Of a stretch of 64,000 nt of DNA, positions 1-10,300 are shown in pieces (the first letter of the stretch is position 1; the number at the start of each line of letters is the position of its first letter). The DNA is from a virus. The translations under genes and the position numbers were made by a program. The stretch is from the IMG/VR virus record IMGVR_UViG_3300021493_000001; one strand, 5' to 3'. The notes under the pieces were generated by a model, which saw only the letters and a program-made list of their open reading frames with translations, was not told the origin of the DNA and searched no databases.

Positions 1-173
1 CGTATATTTTTAGTTTTCTCAAAGAAGCCTTTAAGGTATTTATTCTTTTTAGCTTCTTCCAGAGTATAAGGGCAAGACAAGGCCATTATTTTAGTAGCCT
101 TATCTTTCACTGCTTCTTCACAAGGCTTAATTGCTCTTTGAATTAAAGAGGCTCTTGTAATAATGAATTTCAT
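1..173 (-). CDS. hypothetical protein, runs off window start
   Basis: ATG at 173 and open frame (MKFIITRASLIQRAIKPCEE...) to position 1; translated by hand. Confidence 0.45.
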   Translation of the reverse strand, partial: MKFIITRASLIQRAIKPCEEAVKDKATKIMALSCPYTLEEAKKNKYLKGFFEKTKNI

Positions 174-504
174 TTTTCTTTATAATATCTATTACATCAC
201 CTAGGTGGAATGTCACTATGTCTCCAAGAGATAGGTTAGGAATGAGAACAGGTTTATTATCTAATTCACCATATCCATAAGTTTCAACTATTTTAATGAC
301 TTTAACTCACATTCTTTCTGTTTCAACTACCTCATCAGAACCAAAGATAAGTTTTACCAAATCACCTGGTTCAATATTAAGTAATTCTTCTCTAGTTGGA
401 AGTTCAAAAGTTTCTAAGATAGGTGGTCTGCAAATGTAATATCCGTGGTATGGTGGTGATGCTGAGGTTGTTGCGGATTTGAATTCGTATTTATTCATTT
501 GCAA
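127..504 (-). pseudogene. DUF2314/YegJ-like protein interrupted by in-frame TGA at 307-309
   Basis: ETERM*VKV followed in the same frame by YGELDNKPVLIPNLSLGDIVTFHLGDVIDI, matching the family pattern ERMWV...G.L.N.P......GD.V.F....I.D. Confidence 0.65.
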
Positions 505-835
505 CTCCTTGTTCCGTATTCTCCAATTCTTTTAATCTTTCCTTGCAAAACTCAATCAATTCTTTATATTTATCGGCTATATCTTTTGATGCTAATTCCA
601 ATTTTGACTTAAACTCCTTCTCTGTTTCTCTGACAGCTTTTTCTATGTAACTCTTTATAGCCAAATCAACCAATGCTCCTATATCTCCTTCTACTCTTGC
701 AATTTCAATAAATTTCTTTTCGGGATGTCTTTCCGTTTGCAAATAAACTTCCATAGTTCCAACCTTAATTATCTTCAGCGTTTCTCCTTCAATCGCAATC
801 CAAATTTTCGGCACTACTGGTATTAACATTATCAA
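491..835 (-). CDS. hypothetical protein
   Basis: ORF track; packed with neighbours. Confidence 0.55.
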   Translation of the reverse strand: MIMLIPVVPKIWIAIEGETLKIIKVGTMEVYLQTERHPEKKFIEIARVEGDIGALVDLAIKSYIEKAVRETEKEFKSKLELASKDIADKYKELIEFCKERLKELENTEQGVANE

Positions 836-842
836 TTTCCTA

Positions 843-1046
843 TTAAATTCCCCATCGTTGAATATCTGGTTCTACTCTTACATTCACATTTGGGTTGGGA
901 TGCAGGTATGAAGGATTATCACTTCTCAAGTGGAAGATTGCTTCTGCTTCTCTTCTGGCTTCCTTATAAGCCTCTTTAATATCTTCTGCCTTTACAAAAA
1001 ACTTAACTATATCTCCATATCCTGTTGCTGTAACATTATATGTCAT
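843..1046 (-). CDS. hypothetical protein
   Basis: ORF with GGAGG RBS and ATGA overlap. Confidence 0.6.
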   Translation of the reverse strand: MTYNVTATGYGDIVKFFVKAEDIKEAYKEARREAEAIFHLRSDNPSYLHPNPNVNVRVEPDIQRWGI

Positions 1047-1390
1047 TGTTTACCTCCTTCGTCTTGAGTTATCATCATTTTCCCTGTTAGATATTTTTTA
1101 TACTGTCTAATCCAATATTCATTATTCTTCTTACCATTGATTTCAAAGCCAATATCAATGCACTTACCATTAGGTGAACAAACATATACTTTATAACTAT
1201 TTGGCGGAGCTGGGATAGTTCCTATGATTTGAGGATTATCTTCAAAGAAAGCCCAATCTATCATACTGAAACCATCTTCATTAAAGGTTAGTGGAGAGCA
1301 AATAATTTGTCCTTCTTTGACATTCTTGAAAACCACAAAGCCAATTATTGCATCTCTTTCAACTGTAAAGTCTGAAAGGTTTACATTCAT
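1043..1390 (-). CDS. hypothetical protein
   Basis: ORF with AGGAG RBS. Confidence 0.6.
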   Translation of the reverse strand: MNVNLSDFTVERDAIIGFVVFKNVKEGQIICSPLTFNEDGFSMIDWAFFEDNPQIIGTIPAPPNSYKVYVCSPNGKCIDIGFEINGKKNNEYWIRQYKKYLTGKMMITQDEGGKQ

Positions 1391-1400
1391 TTTCTTCTCC

Positions 1401-1862
1401 TTATTGTAAAGATTTATTTGCCTGAATTATTCTTTCAATGACTGCTAATCTTTGGGTTAAAGCTACATTAGCATTACTTAATTTTTCCAACAAATCATAG
1501 ACTCTTGAGAAATTTTTATATAAATCCATTACTTGTTTATCATAGACAGAAGTCTTATTTTGTTCTGAGAAGCCAGTAAGGAATGATTTAAACTGCTCAT
1601 TAGTTGTTTGGTTTATTCTTAATATTAATTCAATTGCCTCATCCCTAGTAAATTCCTGCTTTATCAAATGTTTAAGCATCGTTCCATATAATTTCGCTTT
1701 CTTCTCAGATAAATTTATCAATCCATCTAAGGCTGAGTCTGTAATATTGTAAATAACATTTTTTATTAACTGCCAGAATTCATCTATTAAATTTTTTATT
1801 TCTGGGTCATTTTTCAAACCTGTTAATACTTCCTTGACATCCTTTAAATCATTAGATTGCAT
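1401..1862 (-). CDS. hypothetical helical protein
   Basis: start moved to ATG 1862 (MQSNDL) behind GGGAGG. Confidence 0.6.
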   Translation of the reverse strand: MQSNDLKDVKEVLTGLKNDPEIKNLIDEFWQLIKNVIYNITDSALDGLINLSEKKAKLYGTMLKHLIKQEFTRDEAIELILRINQTTNEQFKSFLTGFSEQNKTSVYDKQVMDLYKNFSRVYDLLEKLSNANVALTQRLAVIERIIQANKSLQ

Positions 1863-2193
1863 TGTAATCCTCCCGTATATTAACAATTTTGTAATACTTA
1901 TTCCCTTGTTCATCTTCAGTCATTTCAAATTCAAAGATGTAATGAGGGATTTTAAACATTATTTCTATTATATCACAGCATCGGAATTTTGGATGATAAG
2001 CTGTATATTCAATCGTTTCTTGCCAAGGATTATATTTTGCATCTATAACAATAACTTCAGAAAATAAGGTTTTTAGTTGCTTTAATAGTTCTTTATTTTC
2101 TTCATGAATTGCTTTGCGTAATATTTCTGTTGATACATGAAACTTACCAATTTTTAAATATTTTGTTTGGTGTTCTTTATCATTCATATTCAT
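1852..2193 (-). CDS. hypothetical protein
   Basis: ORF with GGAG RBS. Confidence 0.6.
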   Translation of the reverse strand: MNMNDKEHQTKYLKIGKFHVSTEILRKAIHEENKELLKQLKTLFSEVIVIDAKYNPWQETIEYTAYHPKFRCCDIIEIMFKIPHYIFEFEMTEDEQGNKYYKIVNIREDYNAI

Positions 2194-2197
2194 ACTC

Positions 2198-2773
2198 CTA
2201 TTTCTGTTCTTGATTAATTACTGTTTCGCTATTTAACCATTCAGCCACATACCCTTTATATTTAAAAGCCAAGTCCTTGACTTGTTCTTTATTGAGGTCG
2301 CCACCATCACGGAATAAGGTATATATAATAAATTCAACTTTAGGATTAAAATAGTGCCATATCTTTGCAATATGATTTAGATAATGAAAATACTCATAGA
2401 TATGTTTTTCATTATTCAGGTATTCAAAAACGCCTTCAATATCTTTTGGCCATGAGACCAAATACTCTTCTACAATACTTTGCCCTCTTAAAGGATAAGT
2501 AAAGACTGTTTTAATCCATCTATGAGTTTCACCTAACGCAACTATTATATCAGGCCCCCTTAAAGCTGTGATATAATCCCAGAGTGCTTCTTTGCTATGA
2601 TTTTTACATTCTTCCATAATCTCTATAAAAGTCTTGTCTTTATTTTTCTTGCCCATTTCCCTCTCCTTAAATTTAATATAGCGTGAAGGAGCTGATTGAG
2701 TAGTATGACTTTTGTCTTTAGATAGGTTTATTTTGATTAAATCAGGATGGTATGTGCCTTTATTCTGCACCAT
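2198..2773 (-). CDS. hypothetical protein
   Basis: 191-aa ORF, first gene of the leftward unit. Confidence 0.6.
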   Translation of the reverse strand: MVQNKGTYHPDLIKINLSKDKSHTTQSAPSRYIKFKEREMGKKNKDKTFIEIMEECKNHSKEALWDYITALRGPDIIVALGETHRWIKTVFTYPLRGQSIVEEYLVSWPKDIEGVFEYLNNEKHIYEYFHYLNHIAKIWHYFNPKVEFIIYTLFRDGGDLNKEQVKDLAFKYKGYVAEWLNSETVINQEQK

Positions 2774-2780
2774 TAAAATT

Positions 2781-2809
2781 AAATTATCATGTCATTTCTT
2801 ATTTGTCAA
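2781..2809 (-). promoter_or_regulatory. sigma70-type leftward promoter
   Basis: TTGACA (2809-2804), N17, TGn-TAATTT (2786-2781). Confidence 0.6.
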
Positions 2810-2817
2810 GACCTAAC

Positions 2818-2846
2818 TTGACTTTTTCCTTGATTTGTGTTAACTT
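2818..2846 (+). promoter_or_regulatory. sigma70-type rightward (late block) promoter
   Basis: TTGACT (2818-2823), N17, TGn-TAACTT (2841-2846). Confidence 0.55.
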
Positions 2847-2852
2847 TGATAT

Positions 2853-3104
2853 ATGGCAGGAAAGAAAGCTAAAAAAGACAACAAAGTTTCAAGTAAGCCA
2901 AAGCCCACAGTTTCTCCTTCTAAGCCTAAACCTCAATCTCAACCTCAGCCTAGACCGAAGCCTAGACCTATTAAAACATTGGCTGATGCTTTGAATTATC
3001 TTAAAGTTTCAAGGAAAGATGTTGCAAGAGTGCATGAGTTTGAAGACCGATTTCTAATTGATTTGAAAGTTGGTGGGAGACAGGTTGTAGAGAAGACAAA
3101 ATAA
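2853..3104 (+). CDS. small Lys/Pro-rich protein upstream of terminase
   Basis: KP/QP low-complexity N-half; sits where a small terminase would be, but no homology recognised. Confidence 0.6.
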   Translation: MAGKKAKKDNKVSSKPKPTVSPSKPKPQSQPQPRPKPRPIKTLADALNYLKVSRKDVARVHEFEDRFLIDLKVGGRQVVEKTK

Positions 3105-3112
3105 GATAGGGC

Positions 3113-4675
3113 TTGAGTGATTTAGAGGTGATTGAACTTAATTTTAACAGTAGAGGTTTAGCACCGTCTTTAAGAAAAATTTTTCAAAAGGACCCATTAA
3201 TTTTTCCTGAGAAAGTTCTGGGAGTTACTCTTTGGGATAAGCAGAAAGAAATTTTTAGAGCTATCTATGAGAATGAACGAGTTGCAGTGCCTGCGTGTAA
3301 TCATGCAGGCAAAACTCATACCGCTGCATGTCTAACCCTTGCATTTCTTTTTACATATTATCCTTCTAAAGTTATTACAACTTCAGCATTCAAAGAACAA
3401 GTTAAGGATGCATTATGGAGTGAAATCAGAACTAGAGTGAGATATTCAAGAATATCGTTAATGGAAGAAAAGCATGTAACAACTATGGGAATAAATTTAG
3501 GTCCTGATTGGTATGCTGTGGGATTAAGACCTCAAGACTCTTCTCAAGAGGCTTTTCAAGGAAGGCATAGTCCGAATATATTATTAATTCTGGATGAATC
3601 AAGTGGGGTAGGTGAGAATATTTGGGAATCGGCTGAAGGATTAATGACCTCTGCCAATTGTCATTGGCTTGCACTAGGCAATCCATTTGACCCACTTTCA
3701 CCATTTGGAGAAGCTTGTAATAGTGATGAATGGGTAACTATACATATTTCAGCTTATGATACTCCCAATGTTAAGGCAGGAAGAAATATTTATCCTCGGT
3801 TAATGCCTTGGGATTGGCCTGAGAAAAAGAAAAAGCAGTGGGGTGAAGATAGTGCAAGATACCAAATTAGAGTTTTAGGCCAATTTCCTGAAAGAGAAGA
3901 AGAAAAGTTAATTCCATATTCACTTGCAAAACAAGTATTTGAAAGAAAATATAATCGTTGCACTGATGAGACATTGGTAATTGGTCTTGACCCAGCAGGA
4001 TTAGGAAAAGATAAAACAGTTTGGGTTTTAAGACAAGGCTCATCCATTGTTACAATAAAATGGGTTTTGAATGCAACTGATGAGGCAATTGGAAGAAGAA
4101 CTTTAGAATTAGCAGAGACTTATAGAAGTGCTAACAAACCAACGATTATTAATATAGATGGTGGATGGGGAAAAGGGATATATGAATATCTCAGAAAACA
4201 TGGTAATCCTGAAAAAGTGAAGATTAACCTAGTTTTTTTATCTTCTAAACCAGAAAATGATGAAAATGAATATTATAATTTGAGAACTCAAGTTGGTTTT
4301 AGATTGAAAGAGGCTATAGAAAGAGGATTATGTTTATCTCCATCAGCTAGAATAGTAAAGGATGCTTGGCTATCTGATATAACTGCTATAAAAGTCATTG
4401 AAGACCCTAGAACTGGGAAAAGAAAGTTAGAGAATAAAAGAAAGCTGAAGAAGCGGTTAAAGCGTTCTCCTGATTTTTTAGATGCTACATTACTTAGCTT
4501 TGTTTCAAGTTATAGAACTCCTCCTGCTATGGTAACTGTTTCAGAATTTCAATATAAAGAAGCAAATAAAGAAGTGATTGATAATTCTATGTTTCCATCT
4601 ATGATGCACCAATTCAAGATTAAAAGAAGAAATCCAATATTCTTTTTCAGAAATAATATCAGGAGGTTCTCATGA
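3113..4675 (+). CDS. terL: terminase large subunit
   Basis: Walker A ACNHAGKT, Walker B LLILDE, coupling motif GNP, RNase H-like nuclease IGLDPAG and SPDFLDA. Confidence 0.95.
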   Translation: MSDLEVIELNFNSRGLAPSLRKIFQKDPLIFPEKVLGVTLWDKQKEIFRAIYENERVAVPACNHAGKTHTAACLTLAFLFTYYPSKVITTSAFKEQVKDALWSEIRTRVRYSRISLMEEKHVTTMGINLGPDWYAVGLRPQDSSQEAFQGRHSPNILLILDESSGVGENIWESAEGLMTSANCHWLALGNPFDPLSPFGEACNSDEWVTIHISAYDTPNVKAGRNIYPRLMPWDWPEKKKKQWGEDSARYQIRVLGQFPEREEEKLIPYSLAKQVFERKYNRCTDETLVIGLDPAGLGKDKTVWVLRQGSSIVTIKWVLNATDEAIGRRTLELAETYRSANKPTIINIDGGWGKGIYEYLRKHGNPEKVKINLVFLSSKPENDENEYYNLRTQVGFRLKEAIERGLCLSPSARIVKDAWLSDITAIKVIEDPRTGKRKLENKRKLKKRLKRSPDFLDATLLSFVSSYRTPPAMVTVSEFQYKEANKEVIDNSMFPSMMHQFKIKRRNPIFFFRNNIRRFS

Positions 4676-4971
4676 ATAGTGATGATAGGTTATTGAAGAT
4701 AGTAAAAGAAATGTTAAAAGAGACCATTCAAACTCATGTAGGATATATTCGTAAGGATTTAGAACGGTTTGATGGTAATTTCAAGATTTTATTTAAAAAG
4801 CATGATGATACCTTACAGCAAATTGCAAAGCTTAATGCTACAAAGAATAATCACGAGCAAAGAATTGGCAAACTTGAGAATAAAAATCGGGTTAATACAT
4901 TTATTTCAGGTTTGTTTGGCTTTTTAGGAGGAGTGTTTTGGCAAGCCTCAAAGTGGTTTTGGAACAAATAA
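4672..4971 (+). CDS. coiled-coil protein with C-terminal membrane anchor (XhlA/holin-like)
   Basis: heptad-rich body and C-terminal FISGLFGFLGGVFW. Confidence 0.5.
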   Translation: MNSDDRLLKIVKEMLKETIQTHVGYIRKDLERFDGNFKILFKKHDDTLQQIAKLNATKNNHEQRIGKLENKNRVNTFISGLFGFLGGVFWQASKWFWNK

Positions 4972-4987
4972 ATTTAAGGAGGAAGAT

Positions 4988-5212
4988 ATGAAAAGGGCTT
5001 ACACTGAAATGAGCCAAGAGGCATTTAAAGAAATTTTAAAAGATGCTTTACCTGAAGATGCACAGATTTACGGTTTTGAGATAACGCCTAACACAGCAAG
5101 CATTCGTATTTATTTCTACTCAAATGAAGCTCCTGATATGCCTGAAACTACTATGGCGGCCTTTTATTATCCAGTTACAGAAGAAGAGCCTAAGAAACAA
5201 CGGAGGAGATAA
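4988..5212 (+). CDS. hypothetical protein
   Basis: AGGAGG RBS; abuts portal. Confidence 0.65.
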   Translation: MKRAYTEMSQEAFKEILKDALPEDAQIYGFEITPNTASIRIYFYSNEAPDMPETTMAAFYYPVTEEEPKKQRRR

Positions 5213-6523
5213 TTGCCATATTTTATCAAAAAACCAAGTCCCAAGCCTGCAAGATTTTTTGAAGCCACCAAGCTTTCTTTGCCAGGCGGTGAAGAAACAA
5301 AAGAAGAAGATTGGGCTGGGTGGAGAAAAATCTCTGGTGTAGGATTGTTAAGAGAGTTACGCACCGATGTATTTGTTAAGATGAGTCGTTTAGCCAAATG
5401 GCTTTATGACTCAAACCCCTTAGCCAAAAGGATAATTGAATACATCAAGAACTTTGTGGTAGGAGAAGGTATTTATTTTGAGACAACCGATAAACGAGTT
5501 CAAGAAGTATTAAATGCGTTCTGGTTTGATGATGTAAATAATTGGCCTCTTAAACAGCATGATAGAATTTTAGAGTTATGTCTTTATGGTGAGTGTATTT
5601 GGCCTGTTACAGTAAACCCTGCTAATGGTCATGTAAGATTAGGATATATTGACCCTTTGGAAGTTAAAAAGGTTGTGCCTCATGAAGAAAATTGTTTGAT
5701 TTTGGATAAGATTATTTTGTATGCTCCTCTCAATAAGAAAAACGGTAAAAAAAGAGAACTCAAGATAATTCGCAGAGATGAAAATCCAAATAGCGATACT
5801 TATGGATACCTAACAGGTGAAACCTTTTTCTTTGCCATTAACAAAGTTTCAAATGCGACAAGAGGTGCAAGTGATTTGCTACCCTTGATAGATTGGATTG
5901 ATTCTTATGACCAGTTTTTATTTACAAGACTTGAAAGGCAAATGAATATTAATAATTTCTGCTGGGATGTAACTTTAGAGGGTGCAGATGAACATGAAAT
6001 AAAACAATTCCTTGATAATTTACCACCTCCTTCGCCTGGGACAATCAGAGCACATAACGAGAAAGTTAAATGGGATGTAGTTGCTCCTAAGCTTGAAGCA
6101 AGAGATGCAAATCAAGAAAGCCGTTTGATAAGAAATCATATTCTAAGTGGTGCAGGTTTCCCACCTTATTATTTTGCAGATACAGAAGGAGTAAGGGCGG
6201 TTGCTTATGAGCAGGCTTTTCCTACCGAAAAGATGCTTATTACCAGACAGAAATATTTTAAAGCAATGATTGAATATGTATTCAATTTTGTAATAGACCA
6301 AGCAATTCTTCATAAAAGATTACCAAGGAATGTTAATCGTAAGTTTGAAATAATTTTTCCTGAAATATCATTAAGAGATATAGAACGGTTGAGTAGAGCA
6401 TTTAAGAATATCACCTTATCAATAGAGCATTTGAAACAAAATAATTTAATTTCAGATGAAGAAGCTAAAAAGATTATAAGGAATTTATTGAGCCAGATGG
6501 GTGTCAATATTGACAATGAGTGA
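5213..6523 (+). CDS. portal protein
   Basis: position after terminase; 436 aa; typical segments NPLAKRIIEYIKNFVVGEG, LCLYGEC and RGASDL. Confidence 0.85.
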   Translation: MPYFIKKPSPKPARFFEATKLSLPGGEETKEEDWAGWRKISGVGLLRELRTDVFVKMSRLAKWLYDSNPLAKRIIEYIKNFVVGEGIYFETTDKRVQEVLNAFWFDDVNNWPLKQHDRILELCLYGECIWPVTVNPANGHVRLGYIDPLEVKKVVPHEENCLILDKIILYAPLNKKNGKKRELKIIRRDENPNSDTYGYLTGETFFFAINKVSNATRGASDLLPLIDWIDSYDQFLFTRLERQMNINNFCWDVTLEGADEHEIKQFLDNLPPPSPGTIRAHNEKVKWDVVAPKLEARDANQESRLIRNHILSGAGFPPYYFADTEGVRAVAYEQAFPTEKMLITRQKYFKAMIEYVFNFVIDQAILHKRLPRNVNRKFEIIFPEISLRDIERLSRAFKNITLSIEHLKQNNLISDEEAKKIIRNLLSQMGVNIDNE

Positions 6524-7361
6524 TATGAAAAAGAAATGTAATTATATATTGAGTAAGACTGATAAAGCAAATATTGTAAAGGAATATTTAAAAGGCTTGA
6601 GTTCAACCAAGTTGAGTTTGAAATATAATGTAACTCCATCAGCAATTTTGAGCATTCTCAAAAATAGAAAGATTAAGAGACGAAATAGGTCGGATGCTGC
6701 TCGAAAATTAAGTCTTGATATTAATGCATTTCAGAATTCAAATAATGAAGAAGTTGCTTATTGGGCTGGATTTCTTTTAGCAGATGGTTCAGTAATTAAG
6801 ATTGATAATAGTTATCAAATTTCCTTAGTCTTACATCAACGAGATAGAAACCATATTGTAAAATTCAAAAGATTTTTAAAGTCAGAGCATAAGATTTCGA
6901 AAAATCGAGTCTTTTCTGTTTTAAATGTAAGGTCGAGAAAATTAGGATTAGACTTGATTAACTTGGGAGTTATTCCAAATAAGACTTATAAAGATAGCAA
7001 AATTCATAAACAGTTATTAAATAATCGGCATTTTTGGAGAGGAGTGGTAGATGGGGATGGCAGTCTTTGTTTTTGTAATAAATATCCTGTTTTAAATTTA
7101 ATGGGAAGAGAGAATTTGCTTCGAGAATTTTTGATGTTTATTCAATATTTCTTTCCAATGATTAATACTAAAATTATACCGATTAAGAATGAAGTTTGCA
7201 GAATCTTTTTCCGAGCTAATACAGCAAAAAGGGTTACCTATCTTCTATATCATGAAGCAAATGTATTTCTCGATAGAAAAATGGATATGGCATTGAAAAT
7301 CTTAAATTGGGTAAGTAAGAAAAATCAAAATATGTTACTGAGCCAAATGGCGATGAGATAG
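6516..7361 (+). CDS. LAGLIDADG homing endonuclease with N-terminal HTH
   Basis: two motifs AYWAGFLLADGS and HFWRGVVDGDGS. Confidence 0.9.
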   Translation: MSDMKKKCNYILSKTDKANIVKEYLKGLSSTKLSLKYNVTPSAILSILKNRKIKRRNRSDAARKLSLDINAFQNSNNEEVAYWAGFLLADGSVIKIDNSYQISLVLHQRDRNHIVKFKRFLKSEHKISKNRVFSVLNVRSRKLGLDLINLGVIPNKTYKDSKIHKQLLNNRHFWRGVVDGDGSLCFCNKYPVLNLMGRENLLREFLMFIQYFFPMINTKIIPIKNEVCRIFFRANTAKRVTYLLYHEANVFLDRKMDMALKILNWVSKKNQNMLLSQMAMR

Positions 7362-7382
7362 AAAGGCGAGGGGCTTAAGCCA

Positions 7383-10300
7383 GTGCGTATAACTGAACTT
7401 CATTTAGAGCAATTTAAAAAAGAAGGGGTTGATTACGATATTAAACATGCCAAGACCAGATGGAGAGAATTGCTGGCGGACATTAGGTATCTTTTCAATA
7501 ATGCTTTACCAAGGATTTGGAAAGGCGAGAAATGGGGTGATTGGCAGGAAGAAGATTGTTTAAGATATGGAGGTAAGATTATAGATGCCCTTCGTTCTGT
7601 TTATTTTCCTTTGATACCACCCTCTAAAGATGACCCAAGATATAATACAAGCTACTGGAAGGCTTATCGTAAGGCTGAAAAGAAAGGTTATATCAAATCT
7701 AAACCACCTAAACTAGAAGAAGTATCTGAATGGGATAAGAAACGCAAAGAGATAATCAAAACCTCTTTAGAAGAAGCAGAAAGAAAAATAGATGGTCTTT
7801 ATTTAACTTATCCACATGGAGAGTTATTTTGGACTAAAGAAAAAACTTTGTTAGTGAAGACTAGAAAGTTTGATTTATCCAAGCCTCACTATCTAATTGA
7901 TGATGGCTTTTGCTATGGGATTATCTCGTTCAAAGAACCTAAAAGAATTACTAAAAAGCAGTTCTTTACAGAGGATTTAAAGAAAAAGCATCGCATCCTA
8001 GATACAGAAGCTTGGCAGTGGTGGAGAATGTCAAGAGACAATGCAGTTGAGCCTGAACTTTGGGCTTATGAGGTTAAAAAATTTGAACCGTTTGAAATAC
8101 CTGAAAGAGTGAAAATACCAAAGGGAACACAGGTTATAGTTGATGCAGATAACATTGAATTTGTAGGAAAGGATGAAGAACAACCTGCAAGGATTGATTG
8201 GCCTATAATGGCTACCAAGGAAGCAAAGACTGATTACATTAAATTCTATGGCACTAAAGGATATATAGAAGAAGAAAACAATGAACATAAATATCATACC
8301 TGTATTTTGTTATCCTTAAATGACACAAATATCTTATTGGATTATGGTGAGAGGCATCCTGAAGAAATAAAGGAAAGAATAGATGTGATATTGAACTCGC
8401 ATCGGCACATTGACCACATCTGTCCTGAAATATCAAGCTTTGCTTGTCCTTTATATATATCAAAAGAAACTTTGAATAGAGTGGATTTTTCTTTACCCGA
8501 AGATATAAGAATTTATGAAGCTAGAAAAGCATTTAGTATTGGTAATATAAAAATTATTACTTATCCAGTTTATCACTCCATCCGTGCTCCTATGCACATT
8601 TTCAAGATTGAGACAGATAACCTTGCAATTGGAGTAATGACTGATTTTTTAGCCTTTGAAGAAGTAGAAGATGAAGAGTTTTTCTATCCAAATCTAGACA
8701 TAGTCATAATAGACGGTAGTAGCATTACGAAAGATTTAAGAAGATGGAAGGAAGACCATAACTTAATATTTGGTCATAAAAGCGTAATTCACCAAATTGA
8801 AAGAATTAGAGATAGATGTGAAAAAAATCCAATAATAATCCTCACTCATATTGGGCGTGAAGGCATAGAGTGGGGAGACTTACAAATATTACAATATTTA
8901 CATGAAAGATTTGCTGGAATGCACATATATATTGCCAAAGATGGCAGTGTATTTGACTTAAAAACAAGGCGATTTACTGAGGCATTCAAAGGCGAGCAAA
9001 TATGCAAAGATATTGTTGCAAATCTTCCTTCTTTTACATGGATACCTGAATTTACAAGCATTACAGGCTCTACCTTATTTACAAAAGACCATGCACCAAG
9101 AGACTTGGATGTAATGTGCAAAGCAGAGGAGATAAATGGAAAGTGGTATATTCCTATAGATACTTCTCTTTTGCTTAAATTGCAAAGAGCCTATCAATAT
9201 GCAACAAAGAAAGTCTTAGGCAAGGCAATCAAGCCTGAGTTCCCACCTCCAGCATTGATTGGAGCTAATTGGAGTTCTATACCTGCTTATGATTTAAAGC
9301 TTGTGCCTAGAAAAAATCCAGAAGTAAGAAGGACAGGAGAAGAGGAGTTTGAAGAAAAGGTTTATGGAGTAGATTTTAAGGAAAAGTTAAGGTTACGCAC
9401 CAAATCCAAAGATATTGAAAAAATGGCTCAGCAATCCTTAGAAGAGGATAAAGTCAAACCACTTCGTTTCTTTATGCCTCTTAAACCAATACGAGTTCAA
9501 GGAAAGCATGGAGAAAGGAATACACCAGAAAGGCTTGTAGAGTTATTTGAGCCACAGCATTACCCAGTTTATAACTCGGTAAAGAGAGATGGATTCAGGG
9601 TGCAAATTCATGCAGACGGGGATAAAGTTGTAATTTATTCAGAAGATGGCAATGATATAACAAAGCAATTACCTACAATTGTTGATGCAGTTAAAAGACT
9701 TAAAGCAAAATCAGTTGTTTTAGATGCTGAAGTTGAGTTATGGGAGAATGGATATCATCATCCACGAGAAGCAGCCATTGCTAAAATTCATTCTAAAGCA
9801 ATAGATGATAAGGATTTGATTGCTAATTTATTTGATTGTATATATCTAAATGGCGAAGATTTGCATAAAGAGCCATTTGAAAAGAGATGGAAAGCATCAA
9901 ATTCTCTTGGCATCAAATATTCAAAAGAAACTAATTTAAACCCAGAAGAAAAACTTAATATTATTCCCCATATCTTATGCAAAACTCCAAAAGAATTGCT
10001 TAGAGAAACAGAACGCATGAGAAAGGTTAAATCAAGTGAAGGCTGTGTAGCTATTGCCCATAATGCAACCTATCCATTAGATGGCAAACCAGATGACAAT
10101 TCATTTTGTAAGTTTCACAATAATGTAGTTATAAGGGGAATAGTAATTGAACCTGTGCAGACTAAAGTAAGCACGGTATATAATTTATCCTTTGGCTGTT
10201 TAGCAGGTAAGCATGAAATATTAAAGAAAGACCAGACAGAAGTAGGTCCTTATGAAAAAGTTTTAACCATAGGAAGCACTTTTGCTGCACCTTATGTAAA

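Noticed and set aside
307-309. Genome-wide TGA=Trp (or TAG=Gln) recoding
   Set aside because: TGA and TAG end many well-defined genes (terminase, portal, tape measure, homing endonuclease), often in ATGA overlaps, and long genes are uninterrupted in code 11.
6516-7361. Intein or group I intron around the LAGLIDADG ORF
   Set aside because: The ORF is in a different frame from portal with its own stop, lacks Cys/His-Asn splice ends, and no intron core was recognised.
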